Origin: Candidatus Kaiserbacteria bacterium
GTDB lineage: Bacteria; Patescibacteriota; Minisyncoccia; Phycocordibacterales; UBA2100
Length of the DNA stretch: 45,982 nucleotides
Assembly: GCA_027066795.1 (NCBI GenBank)
Contig: JAMONA010000013.1
Coordinates: forward strand, 1-45,982
Direction: 5' to 3'
Shown: in pieces, positions 24,765 through 33,646 of the stretch
How the letters are laid out: each line of letters starts with the position of its first letter
Position numbering within the stretch: position 1 is the stretch's first letter
Translations under genes and position numbers: made by a program
The notes under the pieces: generated by a model
Seen by the model: the letters and a program-made list of their open reading frames with translations, nothing else
Told to the model about the DNA's origin: nothing
The model's database searches: none

Positions 24765-25047
24765 TTCATGTTGGGTCGTCTTCACCTCAGAGTAAACTAA
24801 GATGGAAATGAACACCATGGCATCTACTTTAATCCTACACAAGTGCAAAACAAACTAGACACCATGGCAGTCACTTCTGATTCCGGAGAACCCTAAACAA
24901 CCACCATATCATTCAGTATCAATTAGCAAGCTAATGGTCAACTGAACGATACGATACATTCTATCAGCACTAAGAAATGATGCAACCCTTAAAATAACCA
25001 CACTATAACTTAATGCAAGCGTCAAATAGATTATAAAGACACAGGCC

Positions 25048-27414
25048 TTATATCTCTATTTCACAAGTACCGCCTGTACAAGCAAGTTCTTTTTTCAAAT
25101 CTGTCTCATCCTTCAACTCATATAGCGACAGTTTAGAAAAATCTATATTTTTAGTATTCTTAATAAGCTCCTCATACTTATCTTTTGTTATCTCTTGCAT
25201 TGGTGCAAGCTGGTAAACATGGTCATTACGTGGCAAGAACGAGAGCCCTCCGACAATATCCCAATGCTCGTATACCCAGTTTGCTACAGCTATCCACTCA
25301 TTGTCTCCTACTGATATTGTAATTGATGGATTGTGTTCTGTATAATTCTCCTTGACTAGCTTCCAATGCTCGAGTTGATCTAGTGCAGTCATATCAGCTG
25401 TTACCTTGGCTCCAGACGGAGCTTTAATACCAAACTCTAATACATATGTTGTAGCATTCTCAAGACTTTGCCCTACTTCTGGGTGATATGGTACACCTTG
25501 GTCCTTAAGCATCTTAAATAGTGAGTCAGATGCAGCTATGCGTATACGCTGCACATAATACGGAGCGAAACGTGCATGCATGCCACTAGATGCATCTAGT
25601 GTCTTAGATGTTGTACCCGATGGCTTTACAGCAGTGATTGCAGTAGACGGATTGATACCAAGCCTCTCAGCATACTTCTTATTGGTTCGTATTGTTATGT
25701 CCTTCATCTTTTTTAGCACCTTTGGGTCTCGCACAGTAGGCGAATCCCATTGACCCGTTATACTAACACCCAGCAGACGCTCATCTTCTACATTTCTACT
25801 CCAATCTTTAGATATGTATCCAAACTTAGTAAGAGACGCCTGATACGTACCCAATATAGTGGCTATACGCGCCTTGTGCAGTAATGACTTCTCGTCATCA
25901 TCCTTACGAGCTATAACCTCAGTCAAGTTACAAAACTGCTTAGATTGCAATATTATCTCACCACAAGGGTTAGTACCGAGCGGCCCCAAGTCACCGTTAG
26001 TGCTACCGAGCTTCTCATGTATGTAGTCTACTCTTCTCTTTGGCATTTGAGTCTTCTGTGCTCCTCTGTTGAATATACCACGCTCACCTGAGCCACTCTG
26101 CATAAGTGCTACCCATTCATTCATAAACTCAGATGCTGATGGCTTCTCATTATATATCGCAGAGTTATTAGCCATAGAGCGCTGAGGGTGCTGCACATAG
26201 AATTGACCATTCTTAGCTTCGCGCATATCTCTATCATCTAAATCTGAGAGGCTTATCATAGCGCTACGGCGCACACCTCCTGCAACTACAACTTCAGCTA
26301 TCTTGCACATCACATCGTGTACATCTATATTGGCCAAACGTTTACCTTGCCTAGATAAAATCTTCTCTCGAGAGAATACTAGCAACTGACGCAAGGGGTC
26401 TGGGCCCGAACTCTTACCACCCATTGTCTTAAGACGAGCTCCTGCTGGACGCAATTTAGAATAGTCAAAATCTATGTCCTCTCCTGCATACCAAGTCTTA
26501 AGACCAATTGTGAGTGCATCACACCAACCCTCTTTAGAGTCATCTATTACATGTGTGCCTTTGTGCACATCTTGTTGACGCTTAATCTGTGGCAACTTCT
26601 GCACTGTCTCACTCTCTACGGAGTAGCCGACTCCTGTACCACTCATAGAGAGGTACATGGCCTCGGCGAAGTCCTTTATCTTAGTAGGGGCTAGGTAAGA
26701 GCAGTTGTAAGCAACTACATTACACCTACGTGCGGCGTCACCTGCAAATTGTAGCAAGCGCATAGACGGCATAACCTCCTGATTAAGTATCGCCTCTCTC
26801 ACCTCCTTATACTCCTTATCTGTAAGCTTTTTACCAAGATTCTCTCTCATAAAGCTCATGTACCTGTCTATAGTCTCTACCCATGTCTCTCTCCGGCCCT
26901 CTGCAGGTATCCACTTGGCATAGCTACGCATGAAGACAAACTCCCCAAACTTATTATTTTTAAAGTACCTCTCACTATCCTTTACAAGCTGCTTCACATG
27001 CTCTGGTACCTCCACCTGCACCTCACGCTCCTTGGCTCTCTCGGCCCTGTATAATATATATGCTTTAGCCGTAGCTACATAATCAGAGAGTATAAGTTGC
27101 TTCTCTACTTCGTCTTGTACACCCTCTACACTTGGTACAAAATCCTTATGTTTACGAGCAACTCGTACTAGGTCTCCAGCCACCTGGTGTGCCACCATAG
27201 TGGCCTCCTCTAGTGAGCCCTCACCAGTAGCTATCATAGCTCGGTGAGTTGCCCTTACCAACTTATCAAAACCAAAAGGCACTAGTGTACCATTGCGTTT
27301 TTTAACTTGTTTTATAAATTTCCTGTACTGAGTACCTTTGTTGTCATTACCCTTTTTACTAGAGGGTTTCTTAGACACAGCTCCCTTAGTTGAAGTCTTT
27401 TTTGTCATGCGCAC
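25048..27414 (-). CDS. nrdJ: class II (adenosylcobalamin-dependent) ribonucleotide reductase with N-terminal ATP-cone
   Basis: ATP-cone (VKKRNGTLVPFGFDKLVRA), the active-site TNPCGEI motif, and a C-terminal Cys pair (CTGGTC). The tracked start at 27414 is GTG; the ATG at 27408 (MTKKTS) is the probable start. Confidence 0.85.
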   Translation of the reverse strand: MRMTKKTSTKGAVSKKPSSKKGNDNKGTQYRKFIKQVKKRNGTLVPFGFDKLVRATHRAMIATGEGSLEEATMVAHQVAGDLVRVARKHKDFVPSVEGVQDEVEKQLILSDYVATAKAYILYRAERAKEREVQVEVPEHVKQLVKDSERYFKNNKFGEFVFMRSYAKWIPAEGRRETWVETIDRYMSFMRENLGKKLTDKEYKEVREAILNQEVMPSMRLLQFAGDAARRCNVVAYNCSYLAPTKIKDFAEAMYLSMSGTGVGYSVESETVQKLPQIKRQQDVHKGTHVIDDSKEGWCDALTIGLKTWYAGEDIDFDYSKLRPAGARLKTMGGKSSGPDPLRQLLVFSREKILSRQGKRLANIDVHDVMCKIAEVVVAGGVRRSAMISLSDLDDRDMREAKNGQFYVQHPQRSMANNSAIYNEKPSASEFMNEWVALMQSGSGERGIFNRGAQKTQMPKRRVDYIHEKLGSTNGDLGPLGTNPCGEIILQSKQFCNLTEVIARKDDDEKSLLHKARIATILGTYQASLTKFGYISKDWSRNVEDERLLGVSITGQWDSPTVRDPKVLKKMKDITIRTNKKYAERLGINPSTAITAVKPSGTTSKTLDASSGMHARFAPYYVQRIRIAASDSLFKMLKDQGVPYHPEVGQSLENATTYVLEFGIKAPSGAKVTADMTALDQLEHWKLVKENYTEHNPSITISVGDNEWIAVANWVYEHWDIVGGLSFLPRNDHVYQLAPMQEITKDKYEELIKNTKNIDFSKLSLYELKDETDLKKELACTGGTCEIEI

Positions 27415-27474
27415 TTACTTAATTATTAATCACCTTTCGTAAATATAGTATACACCCAATAGCTAGACTTGAGT

Positions 27475-27534
27475 TGTGGACAATCAACTAGAGAGATTAT
27501 TTTGACGGCTGTAAAGTACTTGACATCATAAAGA
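27475..27534 (+). repeat. ~60-bp promoter-like block, copy B
   Basis: TGTGGACAATCAACtagagagatTATTTTGACGGCTGTAAAGTaCTTGAcaTcAtaaAGA. See copy A at 20813-20872. Confidence 0.85.
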
Positions 27535-27547
27535 CAAAGGGTATTAT
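27520..27547 (+). promoter_or_regulatory. candidate sigma-70 promoter (TTGACA, 16 nt, TATTAT) facing away from nrdJ
   Basis: Perfect -35 at 27520-27525 and a 5/6 -10 at 27542-27547. A second upstream TTGACG lies at 27502-27507. Confidence 0.45.
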
Positions 27548-27551
27548 ACGC

Positions 27552-27680
27552 GCCTTGGAAGACACGCGCCCGTGATGCAAAATGAGGGGAATCTGATTAA
27601 GATACCATAATTTAGGTGCGTGTCTTCCAACCCAAACAACACCCCTTTCTGTACCGACAGAATATGGGTGTTTATTTTTT
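27552..27680 (+). ncRNA. candidate ~130-nt small RNA (long hairpin plus intrinsic terminator), class unknown
   Basis: 13-bp perfect helix 27555-27567 / 27618-27630, extendable to 16 bp. It encloses an inner hairpin (ATCT-gatta-AGAT). Then follows a terminator at 27638-27680: AACACCC ... TTCTGT-accg-ACAGAA ... GGGTGTT plus TATTTTTT. Confidence 0.35.
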
Positions 27681-27700
27681 ACCTGTAACTTTAGTAATCC

Positions 27701-29620
27701 TTAGCGTACCTCGAAACCGTCTTTACTGCTCAACTCTGCCTCTATCTTAGCCATCACCTCTCCTACCTCATCATCTGTAAGCGTCTTCTCCATACTTTGG
27801 AAGACGATGTGAAAGGCTAGTGACACCTTGTCATCTTTGGCAAATTCATCAAATTTATCTATACGTTGTACAAGTTCTCTACCGTGCTTGTTTATAACAC
27901 TTACAATGTCAGACTCATCAACACTCTCTGGTACCCATACTGCGATGTCTCTAACTATAAATGGGTAAGGAGATACTGGTGAGTAGCTTACACCACTACC
28001 TATTACAGTATTATTCTCGTAATCACTAGGGTCACTTAACTCAATTAATAACTCGTCTAAGTCAAACTCTACTATACCATCTACTTTAGTTGGCAACTTA
28101 ATGTCTAAGAGAGCCTCTATACCGCTTACCGCCGCAGTCAACCCTGCTTCTATCCTCTCCTGAGTCTTCTTCTTCCCTTGCACACCTACGCCCATAGCTA
28201 TATGCAAGCTCTCTTTACCGTCTTTGTATACATTACCTATCTCAAACAGTTTTACAAAGTTTTGTAATCCTAACAATGGCATATTTTTAATATTCTTATC
28301 TATAGAGCTACTTATCCCGCCTGATAAGTTAACCCTGTAATGATCCTTGCCCACAGAGAGAGAATTAATGAGTTTAAACTCTCCGCTGGCACACAAAGGG
28401 TACAAGTACACCTCTCTAAAGCCGTTCATTAACAGTATTTCTCTTACCTTGTCTAAGTAGTAAAACTTTTTACTAACAGGCACACTCTCAAGCTGGGGTA
28501 ACGGCACGCCCTCCATATGCTCATAGCCATATACTCTGGCTACTTCCTCTATCACGTCTTCAGGTATATTAATATCCAAACGCTCCCACGGAGCAGTGAC
28601 AACAAACGAATCTGCATCTTGCTCAACCTTAAACTCTAGTTGTGTTAATATCTCAGCTACCTTATTAGCCGGCACCGATATACCAAGTAGTTGCTCTATA
28701 TCTTGTACAGTTACTTTTATTGCACTGTTTTGGCTCTGGTAGTCCCCACTTGTTATAAAGCCTTCAACCTCACCACCAGCAACCTCAAGTATTAGGTCCA
28801 CAACACTCCTCATGCCAACTATTGGTAAGTGGTTTGGTATCTCGTTTTCAAATCTCTGTACAGCATCTGTACGCAATTTTAGTTTAGTCGCTGTCCTTCT
28901 TGTTTTAATAGGGTTAAACTTTGCAGCAGTAACAAGCACGGACGTTGTTTCATTGCTTAATTCTGCTTGTACGCCACCTTTTACACCTGCTACATCTAAG
29001 GCCTCATCATTGTGTGCGTCTGCCAGTACATACATCTCAGTTGTAAGCTCAGCCTCTGTGCCGCCAAGTAATGTAAGTTGCTCGCCATCTTTAGCTGCCC
29101 TTACCTTTATTCCCCTTTTACCATTATCCTCAGTAAGCTTGTCATAGTCAAATACATGCGTTGGTTGCCCTAGGCCAAACATTACATAATTTGTAGCGTC
29201 TACTATATTATTTATAGAACGCTGCCCTATAGCCTCAAGACGAGTCTTTAGCCAGGATGGCGACTCGCCCACCTCAACTCCTTTTATAAGGGCAACTGTG
29301 TGAACTGGGTTTGCTTCGACATCATCCACTGTAAGCACCATCTCTTTAGAGACTGGCTCTAGTTTAATATCCTCCCTCATTGGGTCTGTCGACATCTTAA
29401 TATCAAAAAGAGCAGCTACCTCGTGTGCAACACCTCTGTGTCCGAGGCAGTCATGTGCCCTATTTGGTAATATGTCCAAGTCTATGACAGTGTCATTATC
29501 CACGACCTCTACACCATCAACCTCAAATATCCTGAAAGTAAATTTATCTACTATATCGTCAACAGATGGTATGTCCCCTTCTGCAAAATATGTCTTTAGC
29601 CAATCGTAAGATACCTTCAT
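27701..29620 (-). CDS. pheT: phenylalanyl-tRNA synthetase beta subunit (short form)
   Basis: MKVSYDWLKTYF, DLDILPNRAHDCLGHRGVA, B3/4 and B5 regions and a C-terminal anticodon-binding-like domain. 639 aa. Confidence 0.92.
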   Translation of the reverse strand: MKVSYDWLKTYFAEGDIPSVDDIVDKFTFRIFEVDGVEVVDNDTVIDLDILPNRAHDCLGHRGVAHEVAALFDIKMSTDPMREDIKLEPVSKEMVLTVDDVEANPVHTVALIKGVEVGESPSWLKTRLEAIGQRSINNIVDATNYVMFGLGQPTHVFDYDKLTEDNGKRGIKVRAAKDGEQLTLLGGTEAELTTEMYVLADAHNDEALDVAGVKGGVQAELSNETTSVLVTAAKFNPIKTRRTATKLKLRTDAVQRFENEIPNHLPIVGMRSVVDLILEVAGGEVEGFITSGDYQSQNSAIKVTVQDIEQLLGISVPANKVAEILTQLEFKVEQDADSFVVTAPWERLDINIPEDVIEEVARVYGYEHMEGVPLPQLESVPVSKKFYYLDKVREILLMNGFREVYLYPLCASGEFKLINSLSVGKDHYRVNLSGGISSSIDKNIKNMPLLGLQNFVKLFEIGNVYKDGKESLHIAMGVGVQGKKKTQERIEAGLTAAVSGIEALLDIKLPTKVDGIVEFDLDELLIELSDPSDYENNTVIGSGVSYSPVSPYPFIVRDIAVWVPESVDESDIVSVINKHGRELVQRIDKFDEFAKDDKVSLAFHIVFQSMEKTLTDDEVGEVMAKIEAELSSKDGFEVR

Positions 29621-29621
29621 A

Positions 29622-30389
29622 TTACTTGTCTGCTTTAAATTGATTTATAAACCTTAAGTCACCGTTGTGGAAAAGTCTTATATCGTCTATAGCATGCTTA
29701 AGCATCGCCAAACGCTCTACGCCGAACCCAAAAGCGAACCCCCTGTACTTCTTAGGGTCTAAGCCCGCAGTCTTAAATACATTAGGGTGTAACATACCAG
29801 CACCTCCCAACTCTATCCACTTGCCACGCAGCTTCTCTGGAGCATCCTCACCTGTCAGGCGCATATCTACCTCTATGCCAGGCTCTACAAATGGGAAAAA
29901 GTTAGGCCTAAAGCGTATCTCTGAGCTACCATCAGAACCAAAATACTTAGAGAGCCAAGTGTTAAGAGTCCACTTTAAATTTGCCATTGTTATATCCTCT
30001 CCTGCCACCAGGCAATCTATCTGATGAAATTGTGCCTCATGTGTCATATCAGTAGCCTCATTACGATATGTCCTACCTATAGATATCTCCCTTATAGGCA
30101 ACTCCCCGTTGTCTAAATGTCTGGATGTTACTGATGTGCAATGTGTACGAAGAACTCTCCCATCTGGGAACCAGAACGTATCTTGCATATCTCGTGCTGG
30201 ATGGTCCTTAGGTACATTAAGTGCATCAAAATTATAGTGCTCTGTCTCTATCTCTGGCCCAAAACCTACTGTAAAGCCCATCTCTTTAAATATCTGCACA
30301 AATTCACGTGTAGCACTAGTTATTGGATGTATACCAACCTTTCTATTAAGCTCTTCGTCTTTAGTCATAATGCAGAGTATAACACCCAT
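29622..30389 (-). CDS. pheS: phenylalanyl-tRNA synthetase alpha subunit (catalytic core only)
   Basis: HPITSATREF..IF..MGF, HPARDMQDTFW, and class II motifs 2 and 3 (FRNEATDMTHEAQFHQ; GFAFGFGVERLAML). 255 aa, with no N-terminal coiled coil. Confidence 0.93.
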   Translation of the reverse strand: MGVILCIMTKDEELNRKVGIHPITSATREFVQIFKEMGFTVGFGPEIETEHYNFDALNVPKDHPARDMQDTFWFPDGRVLRTHCTSVTSRHLDNGELPIREISIGRTYRNEATDMTHEAQFHQIDCLVAGEDITMANLKWTLNTWLSKYFGSDGSSEIRFRPNFFPFVEPGIEVDMRLTGEDAPEKLRGKWIELGGAGMLHPNVFKTAGLDPKKYRGFAFGFGVERLAMLKHAIDDIRLFHNGDLRFINQFKADK

Positions 30390-30401
30390 CTATAGCCTTG
30401 G

Positions 30402-31223
30402 CTATTTGTAATATATTCTGTTACCGAACCTTAAGTCAATATACGACTTAGAAGAATCTTCTGCTCTCTCAAGGACTTGATAATCCTTTGAATTTAGAGT
30501 TGCCTCCAAATAAGAAACTGTACGAGCAAGATGTGTATCTAGCCTTACCTTAAGCATTGGATGTGTAGTACTCTCTATCTCTAGCTCGTCTTCTACTATG
30601 GTTACAGTATTAACTTTTATACCCAATGACTTTAGAGACTCTATAAACTCTTGTACATCTATAAATACTAAAGGCAGCAACGTCTGGCGTAAGGGCGCAC
30701 CAGCCATAGTACTCTTATAAAACACTAACCCATCTGAGTCTTCAAGGACTGTATCTTCTTCAAAAATAAACCCGTCTTTATCTAAAAAATAGCACTTGCT
30801 CCTTTCAAGCCCATCTGTATTACTGCACCATAGTGCAACTTCAGACCTTTCTGTAACATGAATATTTAGTGTATCTATCTTACTTGTAGTTAGTTCTATA
30901 CTATCAAGCCTTGGGTACTTATATGCTAATGCATCCTTTATATCCTCTTCATTGTAAGTTGCGATAGTGCCGCCATAAAGTATATATCCGCGCACTGTAG
31001 CAAGTCCTTGAAGAGCGCTCGCCTCTAGCTGCCCAGTGCTTACTAATACATTTCCTGATACAGCGACTTTATTAATCCCTAGAGAACTATACGTCAGAGC
31101 AAAGCCAAGACCAGCATATCCAAATATTATAAGTACAATGACAACAATAAATCCTATGACCTTCCGTCGGTTGCGTCTATGAGCTAACCTCTCCTTCTTA
31201 GGGACTGGACGACTTGTAGACAT
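30402..31223 (-). CDS. ftsQ: FtsQ/DivIB-type cell-division protein (TM plus POTRA)
   Basis: Basic N-terminus, a single TM helix, then INKVAVSGNVLVSTGQLEA (POTRA-like). Confidence 0.7.
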   Translation of the reverse strand: MSTSRPVPKKERLAHRRNRRKVIGFIVVIVLIIFGYAGLGFALTYSSLGINKVAVSGNVLVSTGQLEASALQGLATVRGYILYGGTIATYNEEDIKDALAYKYPRLDSIELTTSKIDTLNIHVTERSEVALWCSNTDGLERSKCYFLDKDGFIFEEDTVLEDSDGLVFYKSTMAGAPLRQTLLPLVFIDVQEFIESLKSLGIKVNTVTIVEDELEIESTTHPMLKVRLDTHLARTVSYLEATLNSKDYQVLERAEDSSKSYIDLRFGNRIYYK

Positions 31224-31224
31224 A

Positions 31225-32361
31225 CTACGTCACTATCTTAATAACGTCATGGTAAGTAATCACCAACATTAGTAAAATTATAGCTGCAAACCCAAGTATG
31301 TTAAGTGCACCCGCTACGCCCGCGTGTATCTTACGACGAGTTATACTCTCTATAGCTACGAACGCAAGTCGCCCACCATCGAGGGCTGGTATGGGTATCA
31401 TGTTTATTATTGCTAAGTTTATAGAAATCATCGCAGTAAAATTAAGTAAGTGCAGTATACCTAATGAAGAAGCATCTCCAACTAACGTAACTATACCTAC
31501 TGGGCCAGCTACCGATTGCCAATTTGCAGTACCAGTAACAGCTGACTTTATAAACTGACCTGTACCGATTGCTATTGCCTTGGTTGCAGCATACGTCTTC
31601 TTTGCCCCAAGTACTATCGCTTGTGGCAAGCTCTGCCCTTGTGCAGATATAAGTACCATCTCTATACCTATAGCTGGAGTACCTTGTTTGCTTGCAATCA
31701 CGCCATGACTTGGGGTTATCTCTACAGAGTCTACCTGGCCCTCTAGTTTCTCGACGCTCATCTGTCTCTTGTAATAAACTTGTACAGGTTCGCCTGCATG
31801 ACTAACCATGAAGGCACTCACTTCAGATGGTAACGGATTATTTATATCATCATCACCTGATGCAAGCGCTGAAATTGTATCTCCAGACTTAAGCCCAGCT
31901 ATGTCTGCAGGAGAATTTGGTAACACATTGCTTATAGCAAGCACGGGGCCACTTCTGCTGACCTCACCACTCTTTATAGTAGCTTCGTCTACAGCAACTG
32001 GTGCTCCCAGCATAAAACTAACAGTAAATAAAAACCAAGCAAACAGAAGGTTAAAGGTAACTCCAGCAACAAATACTACAGCCTGTTTCCACGCAGCTTG
32101 TGATACTAGCGCTCTCCTACGCTCGCTCTCTGGCACATCTTCACCTAAGCCCTCACCAAATATCTTTACAAAACCACCAAATGGTAACCAGTTAAGTGAA
32201 TATACTGTCTCGCCTATCTTGCCTAAAGTTAGGGCTCTTGGCGGGTAACCAATACCAAACTCCTCAACTCTTACACCAAACATCTTAGCTGCTAGGAAGT
32301 GCCCAAGCTCATGCACTACTATAAGTACAATTAATACCCCTAAAAATAATAATATATCCAT
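31225..32361 (-). CDS. rseP: site-2 (M50) intramembrane zinc metalloprotease with PDZ domain
   Basis: HELGHFLAAK (HExxH), a central PDZ (NSPADIAGLKSGD), and C-terminal NLAIINMIPIPALDGG. Confidence 0.88.
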   Translation of the reverse strand: MDILLFLGVLIVLIVVHELGHFLAAKMFGVRVEEFGIGYPPRALTLGKIGETVYSLNWLPFGGFVKIFGEGLGEDVPESERRRALVSQAAWKQAVVFVAGVTFNLLFAWFLFTVSFMLGAPVAVDEATIKSGEVSRSGPVLAISNVLPNSPADIAGLKSGDTISALASGDDDINNPLPSEVSAFMVSHAGEPVQVYYKRQMSVEKLEGQVDSVEITPSHGVIASKQGTPAIGIEMVLISAQGQSLPQAIVLGAKKTYAATKAIAIGTGQFIKSAVTGTANWQSVAGPVGIVTLVGDASSLGILHLLNFTAMISINLAIINMIPIPALDGGRLAFVAIESITRRKIHAGVAGALNILGFAAIILLMLVITYHDVIKIVT

Positions 32362-32381
32362 AATTTATTTTGTTATTTAAA

Positions 32382-32930
32382 CTAACCTTTAATCTCTTCC
32401 TCTTTTTTATTGTATTGCTCCTCTAGTGTCTTGTTTGCGTCTTCTACCATTTTTTGCATTTCCTCTTGTGCATTATGGTTTTCGTCTTTACTTATGTCTC
32501 CGTCTTTCTCTTGTTGCTGTAAGTCCTTCTTCATCTCATCTCTTGCACCACGCACTGCTACTCTTGCATCCTCTAGCTTAGCGCTGGCTATCTTAAGCAA
32601 CTGCTCTCGCCTCTCGCCTGTAAGCTCAGGAAATATCACTCGCACCTCGCTGGCAGTGGCCTGTACGCCTACACCCAGGTCAGCACTATTTATAGCTCTT
32701 TCTATATCTTTTATCTGGCCCATATCAAAGGGGCTTACACGTAATGTACGTGCATCTTCTACACCAATATTTGCCAATTGTTTAAGTGGTGTCTGCATAC
32801 CGTAAGCATCTGCCTTAATATTGTCTAAAAGTGCTGGCACGGCACGCCCTGTACGCACGCCAGCAAGCTCTGCTACCAGCCACTCTTGAGTGGCTACCAA
32901 CTTAGTATTTAATTGTGTAAAGTCTGTCAT
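32382..32930 (-). CDS. frr: ribosome recycling factor
   Basis: LAGVRTGRA.PALLD.I.....G....L.Q.A.I......L.V.PFD and VRVIFPELTGERR. Confidence 0.95.
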   Translation of the reverse strand: MTDFTQLNTKLVATQEWLVAELAGVRTGRAVPALLDNIKADAYGMQTPLKQLANIGVEDARTLRVSPFDMGQIKDIERAINSADLGVGVQATASEVRVIFPELTGERREQLLKIASAKLEDARVAVRGARDEMKKDLQQQEKDGDISKDENHNAQEEMQKMVEDANKTLEEQYNKKEEEIKG

Positions 32931-32956
32931 TTTAATTTTATTATTTTATTACACTA

Positions 32957-33646
32957 CTATACCACAAGTGCCATGCTCTCCATAAGCATCTTACTCATGG
33001 CACCCTTGTCCCTTATATACTCTTGTGCCTGCAATACTGCACGCACTTGCCCACGCCAAGCAAGCCAAGACTCGTCCGAGGTACTCTTAGGCTTATGGTT
33101 ACTTAAGTGCATCTCTACGCCAGAGAGCAGCTCCAACATCGCAGGCCTATCTTTCTTCTTTGCCAACTTCTCTATAGTCTTAAGCCTCTCTGGGACACTG
33201 GATTTAATAAACTCTTTAGTGCTATCACTTATGGAGCCTGCCTCTGCACTGTCACACCCTAGCTCAACTTTCATACAACGAGACAAGACTGTAGGCAATA
33301 AAACATCTGTGTTAGATGTAAGTATAAAAATATGTGTATCTTTTGCTGGCTCTTCAAGTGATTTCAAAAGTGCGTTCTGTGCCTCTACAGTCGCTTGTGT
33401 AAAAGCCAATATTATAACCTTTAAAGAGCCAGGTATTATAGAAGATGAGCCTGCTCTACTAACTGCACTTCGTGCCATATCAACAGTAAGGACACTGTCA
33501 CTTAGCACAAGCGCATCTGGATTACCTTGCAACTTAATATCTAATACACTCTCAATACTATCTAGCAGATTGTCCAACTGAGTCTGCTCAGCATTAATTA
33601 AATACGCATGGTGCATAGAGGCCTTCTCTAAATTTGCTACTTGCAT
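32957..33646 (-). CDS. holB: DNA polymerase III delta' subunit-like clamp-loader protein
   Basis: HHAYLI..., NALLKSLEEPAKDTHIFILT and LPTVLSRC (SRC motif). Confidence 0.7.
   Translation of the reverse strand: MQVANLEKASMHHAYLINAEQTQLDNLLDSIESVLDIKLQGNPDALVLSDSVLTVDMARSAVSRAGSSSIIPGSLKVIILAFTQATVEAQNALLKSLEEPAKDTHIFILTSNTDVLLPTVLSRCMKVELGCDSAEAGSISDSTKEFIKSSVPERLKTIEKLAKKKDRPAMLELLSGVEMHLSNHKPKSTSDESWLAWRGQVRAVLQAQEYIRDKGAMSKMLMESMALVV

Noticed and set aside
27415-27475. NrdR box or cobalamin riboswitch upstream of nrdJ.
   Set aside because: AAATATAGTATACAC resembles only half of the 16-bp NrdR palindrome (acaCwAtATaTwGtgt), and no second box is at the usual spacing. No B12-box-like GCCACTG core is on either strand. 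A class II RNR is in any case not a typical B12-riboswitch target.
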